Assembly (NCBI RefSeq): GCF_018977255.1
Contig: NW_024704743.1
Coordinates: 101,806,001-101,870,000, forward strand
DNA from: Callorhinchus milii
Taxonomy: Eukaryota
Length of the DNA: 64,000 bases
Direction of reading: 5' to 3'
The position numbers and the translations under genes are program-made. The notes beneath the pieces were generated by a model. The model was not told where the DNA came from and ran no database searches. It saw only the letters and a program-made list of their open reading frames with translations. Positions 38,701 to 51,660 of the stretch are shown here, in pieces; the stretch's first letter is position 1; each line of letters opens with the position of its first letter.

Positions 38701-39664
38701 AAAATTGCATTTTGTCACTCACACCTTACTTCCCAACTAAAATATATTTAAAAAAATCAATTTGGCTAAAATCTGGTCTTCATTTCTCAATATAGCTGAG
38801 ATGCTAGTAAACTGAATGGAGTAATCGGAAAACAGTTTTAATATTATATAAGTCTCCAGATTCTGCTGAACTTCAGCACCCCTGTGTGAGATAGCTGATT
38901 GGAAAAAGTATAAGCTGTAGGGTTTGCACTCCAAGCTAGTTGCCAAATCATTAAAATGCTGCTCTGTATCTGAGTCAGTTCAACCTGCACCTGGATCAAG
39001 CAGCAATTCTTGTCCACAAAGCTGAGGTCTTCAGAGTTTAGATGACAGCAGATTTTACATTATCAGTTCCTTCAATGCTGAGATTACCATAGAAGCATAG
39101 AAATTTACAGCACAGAAGTATCAAAAAATATGAAGGCTGCTACACACTGCTGAAATCACAACAAGAGACAACAAATTGCATTTATATAACGCCCTTCAGG
39201 TCGGGAGGACGTCCCAAGTCGTTGACATCACCAGTCCATTAATAGAGTATGCTTTTGATCCATCGATTGCTGTGTTATGGGCCCAGTACACATCTGCTGC
39301 TTACCTCTATTATTCTTTATATTATATTACTAATACCATATAAGAAAAAAATCCCTTAATATTTTTAAATGCATGGTGTGCTGGAAAAAATCATCTCAAA
39401 ATGGAAGAGAGCTGGCGCATATGATTTTTCATTGCTTTTAGAATGTTAGAATTGACTGGTAAAAGAGCAGTAACCATATATTTCAAGTGTGAAGGAAGTC
39501 TAGTTGAATACTAGAATCTATTGTTTATACCACCAATAACTACCCTCTTATGTTTTCCTTCTGGTTGTTAGGTGACCCACCATTTGTTTATTGTAAGGAT
39601 ACACTGTTTTCATTGTTGCTCTGTTTCTTCCATGAGGTGCTCAAGAGTATAATTCATCATTACA

Positions 39665-39925
39665 ATAACAACAACAACTTGGATTTATATAGAGCCCTCC
39701 ACGTCGGACGGCGTCTCAGAGCTCTTCACAGTAACGGATCCCGGGGCTGAGCCAGGGAGAGGGGGAGGAAGGTGACCAAAGGCGCGGTTGAAAAGAAATG
39801 TCTTCAGCAGAGACCTGAAAATAGGAAGAGAGGGAGTGAGGTGAAGGGAGTGAGGAAGGGAGTTCCAGAGCCTCAGGGCATAGTGGCTGAAGGTACGGCC
39901 TACGAGGGTGGAGCAGAGGAGGAGG
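39665..39925 (-). mobile_element. L2 LINE 3' end
   Basis: Minus-strand GRTFSHYALRLWNSLP...FRSLLKTFLF; (caa)n tail. Confidence 0.88.
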
Positions 39926-40969
39926 TTATTAAATATTCCTACACAATACACCATCGTTGCACTTTACAGTAAATCCTGTGAAATGCTTTGAGATAGCTCT
40001 CCGATGTGAAAGGCGTGATGTCAAATGCAAGGATTATTATTATTAATACATTTCCCTCACCCTTCCAGCTGGGAAGCCCTTTGTAGCCTGACTCAGATCA
40101 AGAACTCATTGTGCAGTAAATCACATTCTACCATTACTCAGCAGGCAGTCACATGTGTGAGGACTGTTGTTTTATACTAAGAATGGCCTTTACTGCAGAA
40201 TGGGATAAACCAGTTTTATTCTGGAATGGAGATCATTATTCTGAGACACACTGAATAGTTCCCTTAAGAATACAACTAGCATCAAAGCTTAAATGAGACC
40301 TTGTGTAATTGGGTACTGCAATTAAATATACACAGATTGTGAAAATTTGTATGCAACCTTTCACTTTAATTTTTAGCTGGTGTACATATGCAGACTTTAC
40401 AGCACAATCTCTGCAGTAAGTAGTGTTTCAGCAAAGATTAGCTTTATCTCTGCAGTGTGCCGTGCTTTGACTCAATGTAAGACATCAGCAGGAATGATAA
40501 TGCTGACTGTATTGATTTTTCTGTCTTTGATGCAAGATGTGGTATTGAAGTGTATTCAAACTTACTCAGATACTTGTGTCTTACATACGGTGTAATAATG
40601 GATATGGGTTTCGTTGCTCTTCCCAGCAGCATCTAATTGAACTATAAGATGTGTTGGTCAGTGATGCCTCCTCTGAATTGATCCTTGCATTTTGCTAAAT
40701 CTAATCCTCGAATTAATTGTTTTCTGCTGGTACCGCTCTTGTAAGTAAATTATTGCTATTAAATGATGTCCGTAAACAACGTTATTAATTCTTGAAAAAC
40801 TGAGTTTCATCTTCCATGAGATTAATCAAGCAAGTGAATCAATACACATGCTATTTTTATTTGAGTAATGTAACTGAAAAGAAAAACCTTTTGTGAGGAA
40901 ACCTACACCACCGTTACTGTGGCAGGTTAAGGCTGAAGCAACTCACTTACACTGAGAATAAACATAAAA

Positions 40970-41240
40970 TGAAATAAGTGGCATAAATATAAGATGGCCA
41001 GGAGCACATCTAAAAGGGAGTTAAGGAAGAACCTCTTTATGGAGAGGGTGATAAAAATGAGAACTTGCTGCTGGAAACTGTGGTTGAAGCAAAACCTCAT
41101 AACATATTTAAAAGGAGACTTGATGCATACATGAGGGAGAATAGAATAGTATAGGAAAGGAGGTTTGGAGGGGTGGCGGCTCATGTGGAGTACAAACTAT
41201 TTAGTCTGAATGGCTTGTTTCTGTTCTATCACGTTCTATT
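40970..41240 (+). mobile_element. Old CR1 3' end
   Basis: ggcataaatataagat...aggaagaacctcttta..gagagggtg...tgaatggcttgtttctgttcta. Confidence 0.72.
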
Positions 41241-41723
41241 TAAGGGAGAATAGACACATGGCAAGGACCATGTTATGCACGGCAAATCTGATTGCTTAAA
41301 TATGGTTACAACACATACACATACAATGCAGAGCCTCACCTACTGATCAATTTCAGTTAGCAAAGTGCAAGAGTGAAGCCTATTTTTTCAAAAAGTAGAT
41401 ATAGAATTGATCAGAAGCTGAAAATAATTAGGCCTGCCCATCATTTTGGAACATAGTTGTATAGTATACAGAACTGGAAAGAGCAATACAATTCCAAAAT
41501 GATGTAAAAATAATCCAATACTACTCATTCAAATTCTTTGCCAACTAACCATCTAATTTGCTGCAACTATCTGCCTCCACCTTCTCCAACAGTAATCTGT
41601 TCATCATTCTTCCTGTAAGGTATTGCACATAAATGGATTGTACAGATCACTAAATTAATATTTATGCTTTATACTCACATGGATTCTCTATTTAAGGGAT
41701 TGCCAAGTTAAATAAATCACTTT

Positions 41724-42042
41724 TAATAATAATAATAATAATCCTTGCATTTGATAGAGTGCTTTTCACGTCGGGAGGACGTCCCAAAGTGCTTCACAGA
41801 ACACACTGTAAAGTGAATTGACTGTATATTTGTGGGCGAACGCGGCAGCCAATTGCGCACAGCAATGTCCCACAACCAGTCGTAGATTAAAAATGACCAA
41901 TTTATTATTGTTTTTGGTTTTGGAGGGATTATTATAGGCGTGTGGAGTAAGGAAACTTGCCCAAGGTTTCGCCCTGCCTGGAATTGAACTCAGGTCTCTC
42001 GCTTGCAAAGCGAGTGCTCTAACCGCTGAGCTACAGAACTCC
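41724..42042 (-). mobile_element. Young full-length tRNA-Ala SINE, short subfamily
   Basis: Close reverse-complement match to 5899-6214 and 61960-62270. Confidence 0.93.
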
Positions 42043-42049
42043 ACTTTTA

Positions 42050-42378
42050 GTGTCAGCTTGGCTCAATTGGTCACACTCTCTTCTCTGAATCAGAGGTTTT
42101 GGATTCAAGTCTCTTGTCAGGACTTCATATGAATTTGTATAGTTCAAGCTAACAGTCCTTTGTAGTTTTGGGGCTGAGGCGTCTTGTTGCTTGAGATGTT
42201 AATCCAAGATCCTATCTGCTTATTCAGGTGGAAGTTAAATGTCTTATGTTATTATTCAAAAAGTGAAGGGAGTTTCTCCCGATGTCTTGGGCAACAATCC
42301 CCCAAATAAAATTAGTCATCTACTTCACAGGTGTTTAGCGGACACTGCTGTACGTAAATTGGCTGCCAGATTCGCCAA
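42050..42378 (+). mobile_element. Older SacSINE1-like SINE (head to Deu core)
   Basis: gtgtcagcttggctcaattggt...ctctgaatcagagg...ttcaagtc...aaattggctgcc. Confidence 0.82.
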
Positions 42379-42988
42379 GGTTAGTGAGTCAAACTGAATT
42401 CTTGAAACATAGATACAGCTACCCTTTAAATTAAGTTAATTGCGGTTAAAACGTTACTTTAAAATAAAATATTGTATGTTAAAAGTAAAATCTTAAAACA
42501 ACTATGTATAAGGACAGGTATGCAATTCTAACTTATCCATAATTTATAAGTTCATAATTTTTGAACGCTGATCTAATAATGCTGATAAGTTTCCTTTGGA
42601 AGTTTGAGTATTGGACTAAAAGTGTTTGTCCTGAATAAACCCCCGATAGCTCCTGTGATGAGGATTTTTGTGAGGCAGTTTTGATCTTCCAGCATGTTCA
42701 TGAAACTCCAAGCCAAACTGGAGTGAAGTTTCTTCAGCCATTTCTTCAGTCATTAATAACAAATAATGAGTGGGGAAAAAGTATCTCTAAATTTATGCTT
42801 CAAGAAATCAGTTTGCCTTATTGACAAATGCATGATTCTCTCCATTTATCTGCTGCACAGCTCCTTTCCAAATTTGCTTTCCAAATTTCTAAATCTGACT
42901 GGCTTCCAGTACACATCTGTTCTGCTCTGTGGATGCCAATATTAATATAAATGGTAAATGTTTCTTCTCAATGGATGTGTTGTATGAT

Positions 42989-43330
42989 TAATAATCCTTG
43001 CTTTCAATATCACGTCTTTCACATCGGGAGAACGTCTCAAAACACTTAACAAGATTTACTGTAATGTATAGCGATTATGTATTTTTTGGCAAATGCAGGA
43101 GACAAGTTTCACACAACAATTCTCTTTTCGATTAACACCACCTGAACAGACAATATGGACCTCAGTTTAAAATCTCACCTGCAGAGTGGCCCTTTTGACA
43201 ATGCAGCATACCCGTAGAATTGCAATGGATTGTCAGCCCAGAGCCGTAGACTACGATTTCAAAACCAGATGTGGAGTTTAAACCCACACTTTCTGATTTA
43301 GAGACGAGAGTCAACCAACTGAGCTTGGTT
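42989..43330 (-). mobile_element. Older SacSINE1-like SINE with an internal deletion
   Basis: Tail at 42989; head caaccaactgagc at ~43315. Confidence 0.72.
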
Positions 43331-44098
43331 GACCTAAAATTAAAGGAACTTAATTCCCTTTTAACCACATGTCTTTTTTTAAAAAATGTTATAGAATTTT
43401 AAATTTCTAACCTCTGCCCATATAATAATAATCCTTTCATTTTATATAGTGCCTTATCACATCTTCAAAATGTCTCAAAGCGCTTCATAGAATATACTGT
43501 AAAGTGAATTAACTATAGATTTGGTCGGCGAAACGCAGCAGCCAATTGTGCACATATAAAGATGATATTAAAAGCACACATCTATTTGGGCCAGCACAAA
43601 GAAACAGTAACTGTGCATTTCAATAAATCTGAATACAGTAGTGGGAATGACCTATCACTGTTACTATTTATTGCTACACAGAATAGGTTGTGTAAGAACA
43701 TTTGTTCTGCGGATTGCCAACTCAATCTGTCAGGCGAGAAAATTAACCTGGATTAGTAGAATGTAAATTAAGTAGTTCTTGCAGTCTGCTCCCTGACTAT
43801 TTGCTCAGTCAATACCTTTCACTGCTTTCATTGTTATCAAGTGGCTCTTTCTAAGCTATAAAGGTTCAGATTGTGCTGTTTCTTGGAATTTACGAGATGT
43901 CTATCTTTTTTAAAAGAAAAAGGAGATGCCAGATACAAAATCATCTTATTTTACCAAAAGGAACTCAAGTTGTAAATCTTACTAACACAATAGACCACAT
44001 GCGTCACAATCAAAACATTGGTTGTCTAATGATATCTACAATTGTTCCAGTGGCAGTCTAATGCTGGGTGCATTAGCCTGACACATGCATAGGATTTA

Positions 44099-44325
44099 AT
44101 AATAATAATAATTCTTGCATTTGATGTAGCAGCTTCCATGTCAGAAAGACGTCTCAAAGAGCATCACTGGATCTATTGTGAAGTGTTGTGAATTGTGTAG
44201 AAGATGAATGTGCCAATTTGCACACGACAATCTCCCATAAACAGTCATGAAATGAATGACTAATTTTATCTGGGGGATTGTTGGCCAGGACACTGGGAGA
44301 AACTCCCTTATCTTTTTGAATATTC
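44099..44325 (-). mobile_element. Older Deu SINE 3' part
   Basis: tttatctgggggattgttggccaggacactgggagaaactccc. Confidence 0.8.
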
Positions 44326-46273
44326 TGGTACCAAATTCTAACATTATATCTGCAAATATTTAGTTGGAATTTTTCCTCTTTTGTCTGGGATTTTAATTTT
44401 AGGACATTTAATGCAGCTGCCTTTGTAAAGCTTGAGTTTAATGGGTTTTATAATCTGAGAGAGTTTTGGAAGTGACATCACATCAAACGTTTTGTCTGGA
44501 CAAAAGTAGTGTGGAGATTCCAATACATTAATAATGATAATAATACTTACATTTGATAAAGCGCCTTATCACCTCTTTGAGATGCCTCAAAGCGCTTCAC
44601 AGAATATATTGTAAAGTGAATTGACTGTGTATTTTGTGGGCGAAATGTGACAGGCAATTACTCACAGCACTATATAAAGGACATCTAAGAAAATTTCCTG
44701 TACTTAAAGACCAGTTATTTCCTCTGGAATCAGTTGACTGAGGAAGAAGAGGTCAGCATTGAGTTACAAACAAATAAATCTCAGTTTGGGGAATACAAAA
44801 CTCAGTTGCAAACAGAATAATTTCTGGGGCTTGCAGAATCCAGCAACAACTTCTAAGAACTGTAATTCTTCTGAACTGAAAACTCTTTGATAAGAATATT
44901 CCAATCTTATACTATTACAATTAAATATTTCATGTTTAAATAATTCTGCATGAGTGGGAGCAGTTCTGATTCCATACAAACAAAAAATTCTGCCTTGTGT
45001 TTTCGAATTTTGTTGAAATATTCATGGAAAATTGTACCATGTCTTGATATAGATCACCAATTGAAGAAAATATCTCCTCAGTACTGTGGAGGGAAATATG
45101 TCACCCTTTCAGACTAATTATGGTACAGAATTATATCTGAACTGCAAAGTCACTAAAATTCAATTACATAAAGGAGTGATACTTTCAGACATTAAATAGG
45201 CAGTGACCTTACATCAATAATTAACTTCAACTCCATGTCAAAAAGCACAAGTGATAAATATCACACATGGATGGTTTGTCTTGAAACATCTCCGGTCAAT
45301 AACTTCCAGCACTACTCAATGCTTGGCTGTGGGCGAAATGCTAATGGGAATTGGCAGGCTATTGCTAAAAACATTCCTTAGTAAATAAAATACCTTGAAA
45401 TGGTAGTTTGGAACAAAAACTAATTATGACAGAGATTTGTGCCGTGTGTTCACATGGATTAAAATAAATGCTGGAAATATGCTACAGTTTTATAAAATAT
45501 ATATTCAAGTTGATATGACTGGAACACGACATGCCCAGAACTGATTGCAGAAAAAGATTTAACAATGCCTGAATCTCCTGGGTGGTGCTGAGGCTTTTCT
45601 GTTTCACTTGAAGTTTATTCAACATAATTTGCTTCAAATTGGCACAACAAAGGGTCAGCTAATATACCATTCTCCAGATTATATTAGTCACACATATAGA
45701 TTAAAATGAATACATATTCCACATGTTATGTCTAGATGTTCTTTATTTTACATACTACAGATAAACTACAGATACAAATTACTACAGATTACTACAAAAT
45801 ACACACTGACTATACTTTACAGTAAAATTCTGTGAAGCACTTTGAGATGCTCTACTGATATGAAAGGTGTTATTTCAAAGACAAGGATTAATTCAATATT
45901 ATTATTATTTGTGTGATTTATATATCTTTTCAATGTTGTATAATCTGGGTTCCCATTTGATTGATTCACATTTGATGAGTCAGCAAGCTATTGTAGACAG
46001 CCCTGTCTTTCCCTGATGATCTGAGCAATATTGCTGAAATCCATATGGAAACCAATGTAATACAAATAATCCATTCCAACTCTTGTTTCCTTGTAATCCA
46101 GAGTTGGAGAACAATAATAAGAAAAAAAATTATGCTGCCTCTGCTTCTCCCATTGCCATTCCTACTGGACAGCAAGCCCACCAACCAACCACAGCTTAAG
46201 AGGTGATTGACAGCACTGACAGGATACCCACTCCACCCATTCACAGGCGATATTAGCTATTAATCAATCGTGA

Positions 46274-46940
46274 TTATAATAATAATAATCCTTGCATTTG
46301 ATATAGCGCTTAATCACGTCTCGAAGTGCTTCACAGAATCTACTGTAAAGTAAATTGACTGTATATTTTGTGGGCGAATGGCTGCAGAAATTGCGTGCAG
46401 CAGTGTCCCACTAATGGTTGTAGATTGAGGGACCAATTTATTATTATTATTTTGAATGAATTATTACCCCTGGAAAAACAATCCACCAATCAACTAACAA
46501 CTGGCTTCCTACTTACCCCAACCGCCCTACCATCGGTGGCCGGGCCTTCAGCCTCTCAGCCCCTAGGCTCTGGAACTCTATCCCCCAGTGCCTTCGCCGC
46601 CTCCTCCCTTTCCTCCTTCAAGGCCGGTCTCAAGACCTTTCTCTTTGACCGTGCCTTCAGCTCCCCTCTCGACTCTCTACCCCCTCCTCGCTCCCTCCCT
46701 TCCCTCCCCTCACCCTGACCATTTCCCCCCTGCTCGGGTCCTGACCCAACTGTACAGCGCCTTGGGACGTCCTCCCGACGTGAAAGGCGCTCGATAAATG
46801 GAATCTTGTTGTTGTTGTTACTGCTAGGTAAACAGAGGCATGTGGAGTAAGGAAACTTGCCCAATATTTCGCTCTGCCGGCAATTGAACTGAGGTCTCTC
46901 GCTTGCGAGGCAGTGCTTTACCACTGAGCTGCAGGACACC
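46274..46940 (-). mobile_element. Long-subfamily tRNA SINE split by an L2 insertion
   Basis: SINE reads cttcctacttac | tgctaggtaaacagagg across the insert. Confidence 0.9.
46517..46817 (+). mobile_element. Young L2 3' end inserted in a SINE
   Basis: FKAGLKTFLFDRAF, CpGs retained, (ttg)n tail; TTAC duplication at 46513-46516 and 46818-46821. Confidence 0.92.
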
Positions 46941-47044
46941 ACAACACATCACAATTATCACCTCTGATAACTATCACTGCATTGGGAATGTGGTAAACAG
47001 TGAGGAAGATGGTAGCAGACTGCAGGAGGACATAGACTATCAGC

Positions 47045-47163
47045 TGGGTTCCTGCTAGAGGAGTGTGGAGGAAGGAAACTTGCCCAGCAATTTGCTCTGA
47101 AGGGAATCAAACCCAGGTCTCTCGTTTGCGAGGCGAGTGCTCTAACCACTGAACTGCAGGACT
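47045..47163 (-). mobile_element. SINE 5' part (tRNA head)
   Basis: ggaaacttgccc...cccaggtctctcg...gctctaaccactgaactgcaggact. Confidence 0.85.
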
Positions 47164-48904
47164 GAATAAGAAGGGTGGCAGATACTGCCTGTGAGCCCAG
47201 GTGCCTGTACCCCTCTGCAGTTGTTGTATTTCTGTTCTGGGTTCCTCTCCACCTCGAGATTAAACCTGTGCTCCAGTGAGAGTCCCTCTGTGTGTCCAAA
47301 TCTGTTTGGGAAGTCTGCTACAATACTATTGTTATTCCATTTAATACATTTCATACCTGCATCTGGTCCTTTCTGAGTCATCTATTTTCAATGTTGAAGA
47401 AAGAGCTGGAGAAAAGAACATTAGCCAACCTTCAAAGGGGTCATCAACTACTTGCTTTGAATGAGAATGTAATACTTATTGTATATAGAGAAAGAAACAA
47501 CCATTTTTCAAACAGCCTTTTACATAAAACTGCCAATTTACCCAGAACACACATTAGCCATATATACGTTTATTGACTATTATTGTAATATCATCAAATC
47601 ATGCCGATGATTTTCCTTGAAATCTAGAAGCAAGAGGAGTATCATTGTTTAATACTTCAAGAAACATCAATAATTCATTGATGTATATCTTGACAGCAGA
47701 GAAATATTAATCTTGCTCATGTCGATGAATGTTAAAACATTTGAAATAGCAGGGCTGAGCATGCTGCTTCAGTTAGTGATAGGAATTCTACAAACTTTGA
47801 TGAACTTGATCAGTATTATATACTTTTAATGTCTTTGTCAGAAATCTTAGAAAGAAATTGAAATTAGCGAACCATAAATAGAGAAAATCGAGATACTCAT
47901 CGTGTGTTGTATTTTACAATACTTCAAGATTTGCTTTGAATCTGAAATTTGATGACATCTACATTACTCAAATGAATGGGATCAATGGGAATGGGATGAA
48001 GCATACAATTGAATTCCCCGGTGCAGCAATCTATTAGATATTCAATTTCTATTCATTGAAAATAAGCTAGTTTTTCTCTGAAATTGCTTCTCTTTCACTT
48101 TCGAATTGCAATGTAATTTAAAGTGCTGATATCCATTTTAGATTGTAGTGTTTGCACAACAGCCTTTTTGGTTGGGGATAATAAATTTAGTATTTTATGG
48201 TGTTTCACTTTAAAGGTCTACAAACATAGTTGTTAGCCTAGCTCAGTTGGTAGAACTCTCACCTCTTCGCACTCTCAGAAAGTTGCGGGTTTAAGACCCA
48301 CATCAGGACTTTGAGCTCACAGTCTTTTCAAATGAATAGTGCAATGGAATCTTTAATGGTCCCTCTTCAACACTGTCTACCAGTCGTGCAGGTGTGTGGC
48401 AGCTGAGTAGAGAGGCCAGGTTCAGTTTGAGTGGTCTGTCACTACCAATAATAATAATAATAATAATATATCACATATGGTCAATGACCACTTGGGCAGA
48501 GTACTGGAGGCAACCATTGTCCGCGGAACTGCACCACAGCAAGAGGAGGCCAGACTAGGAGCAGAGAGGCATCTTGCTTGTCAATTCCCTTCATTATGTA
48601 ACACACCCAGACCATGCCACTTTTTTTTAGTTCAGTCGAGACATGCACTGTGTTTAAACCCGGTTGGAGAAATCTTACCTATGATCATTAAGGCGTTTGA
48701 AACCGAAACATAATAATACAAATCCTTGCAGTGGATACAATACCTTTCAAGTTGGGAGGATGTCTCAATGCATTTGTTGGATGGGTAAATATTACAATTC
48801 TGCTTATGTTTCCTCTATGATTGAAGCTTTGCTAAATATTTCCAGTAAACAATTTTAAATAGAATTGATAATGTAAACCCAGAACAATATTTTCAGATGC
48901 ACAG

Positions 48905-49110
48905 AAGAACAATTTAGAGTTGCAATTTCAGGACAGACACCAAGAAGTGTTTCTTTATTCAGAGGGTAATCAGTGAAACCAGGAATGGTGGTTGATCTCA
49001 GGATGTTGGACTCATTAAGACTCATTTTAAAAGATGTGATGGGAGGACTCGTAGAACGGGTATTCTGGGAGGATGAAATCAAATGGGCCAAAGGGCCTTC
49101 CTTATCTTGT
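48905..49110 (+). mobile_element. Old CR1 3' end
   Basis: ttcaggacagacaccaagaagtgtttctttattcagagggtaatc...ggatgaaatcaaatgggccaaagggccttcct. Confidence 0.7.
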
Positions 49111-50196
49111 GATGTTGTAAAGCCATAATATTCTGTCTCTTCATTATTCTCTTGTAATAACCAGAAAACACCAATCGATTTGAATCTTTTTCATGTGGAT
49201 GACCTTCAGCCAAACCTGTAAAGAAAGCACATGAAAATACTAGTGATCACTGTCAGTAACCAAATGATCATTCACTGGCTTATTACTTCAAGGCTGTCAG
49301 CAGTTATAAGCAGAGAAATAGATAATTACATCATACACGGATTGCACTTTGATCTTGGATTAATATTGACACACAGTGCTTGGTGCATCAAATATTAATC
49401 CAAAGTATGAGAACTGCATTAATATTGCAGGTGACCCTTTATTGAACTCACTGACGTTTTATATTAACTCGAGGAAGCAATCTGCTGCTGTCATTATTGC
49501 ACAAATTAATGCACTTTCTGACGTTTTCAATCAAGTGTCTCCATCACCTCAGTCCTCCTTTCCCTCAACTCTTTAAATGCGTGATAGGGATTACTGAAGC
49601 TTGCACCTTTGGTTCTGATATTGCTACTGGCAGTTCCTCTGCAATTCTGTGAAGCACTTTGAGACATCTCAATGGCATGATAAGGCACTACTTCAAATTC
49701 AAGAATTATTATTATTTGTATAACTCACCAATTATCTTTTGCTGATCAGGAGATGTTAAAAATCCCATGACACTATTCAAAAAGACAAGGGACCTTTTCC
49801 TGGTGTCTTGACCAACAATGCCTGCGATATAATCGGTCATTCATTTGATGACTGTTTATGGGACATCGGTATGCATAAATCAGCTGCACATCCACCTCCA
49901 AATAACCAGACACTACACGAGCAGTAAATCCTGCACTTTGAGATATGTCAGTGGTGCAATAAGGATTTGTAAATTAGGGTATTAAAATTTTTAATATTAA
50001 TCACTGGATTTATCAACTTTATAATAAATAACTTTATAAAATACTATCTGATGTAACACCCATATGTTCTTGCTTCTGTTACTTCTGGTTTCCAAAAAAA
50101 TGCTGCAGGATTTGATTGACTGTATATTTTGCGGGCAAACCTCAGCAGTCAATTGCACACAGCAGTGTCCCACAAACAGTCATGGATTAAGTGACC

Positions 50197-50430
50197 AAAG
50201 AGTTCCAGAGTTTCAGGGAGTAGTGGCTGAAAGTGTGGCCACCAATAGTAGAATAGAGGACACGAGGGACATGTAGGAGGCTGGAGCCAGTCGAGCGGAG
50301 GCAGCGGGTTATGGGTTGGGGGGTAAGCAGGTCGTAGAGGTGGGGAGGTGCCAGGGCATGAAGTGATTTGAAAACCAGTGTGAGGATCTTGAAATCGATC
50401 TGTTCGGCGATAGAGAGCCAGTGGAAAGAA
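50197..50430 (-). mobile_element. L2 fragment abutting a SINE fragment (50110-50197)
   Basis: Minus-strand FHWLSIAEQIDFKILTLVFKSLHALAPPHLYDLL...LWNSL. Confidence 0.88.
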
Positions 50431-51416
50431 TCTAGCCCCAACCTGAAGCTCCAGTACATTTTATGGCTAATGCTAATTAGTGGTGAACGTGTGACACATG
50501 CATAGTTTGAAATCTGCGAGCAGAAGGTAGCTTATAGACTATCTTTTGCTCGCGAGATTCAAACAATTACAATGCCGGTTCTGGCCATTTATCTGCATTT
50601 TTCGGCACTGAAAAAAGACACTGCCAACAAATGCTGGTAAATTCCGTTACCGGCATTGTAATTACACTTAGCCAGAAATGCCAACTCGCCTGACTAGACC
50701 TCCCCACCATTGCTCCGTTCCGGGCGGAGTTTAAGTGTATTCACCTTTTAGCTGCTACATGCAACTAAAGAAGATTCAAGATGTTTTATAGAGGAAGAAA
50801 ATATGACGTGGGGGGAGGGTGGGGGGGCATTATAACATTGCACCACAGTGTTATATACTGCAAGATGGGCTTATAAAAACACTTATATATTAAGTTGTCT
50901 GCAATTGAAGCAGGAATCATCTGCCAGTGGATTGTCTCATTCCCTCTGCAATGCTCTTAGTGCCTATTGCAAGGCAAAACATCCAATGCACATTTTATTT
51001 GCACATATTCTGTATTATCCCTGTGGTTACAAAACTTTTATTGTGAAATTGTACAGCCCACCAGACCCAGTGTGGCTTAAGGGTCCCTATTTGAGGATCA
51101 GCCAGAATCTTTTCTATCACTCAGCCAATGCACTTGTAAAATGTGTGTCTTAGCCAATGTATAGAACACAAGCTTATACTAAGAATCTTTGAATTTGATA
51201 TGGCACCTTTCATATCAACAGGAAGTATCACAATATTTTGCAAGATTTAATGTAAAAAATAATGTATTTTGTAAGCAAATGCAGCAGCTAATTTGTGCAT
51301 AGCAACATTCCACAAATAGCCATAAAGTGAATGACCAATTTTATCTGGGGGCCAAGATACAAGGAGAAACTCCCTTCTCTTTTTGAATAGTGCCGTATAT
51401 TTTATATTAAACATCT

Positions 51417-51660
51417 AGTAGTTCAGTGGTTAGAACATTGCCCTCACAAGCGAGAGACCGGGGTTTGATTCCCGGCAGGGCGAAACGTTGGGCAAGTTTC
51501 CTTACTCCACATGCCTCTATTTATTGTGCACAATTGGCTGCTGCGTTTCACCCACAAAATATACAGGCAATTCACTTTTACAGTATATTCTGTGAAGAGC
51601 TTTGAGACGCCTCGAAGATGTGATAAGGTGCTATATCAAATGTAAGGATAGTATTGTTAT
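51417..51660 (+). mobile_element. tRNA-headed SINE with an internal deletion
   Basis: Head tagtagttcagtggttagaac...gggcaagtttccttactccac joined to the Deu core and tail. Confidence 0.85.

Noticed and set aside
47580..48120. AT-rich stretch suspected to be a decayed transposase
   Set aside because: No recognisable motif and no ORF of 60 codons or more in the track.
49570..49595. miR-155-like sequence (cgtgataggg)
   Set aside because: Seed region does not match and I see no supporting hairpin.
50808..50828. G-quadruplex-like G-run
   Set aside because: Short low-complexity tract with no supporting context.
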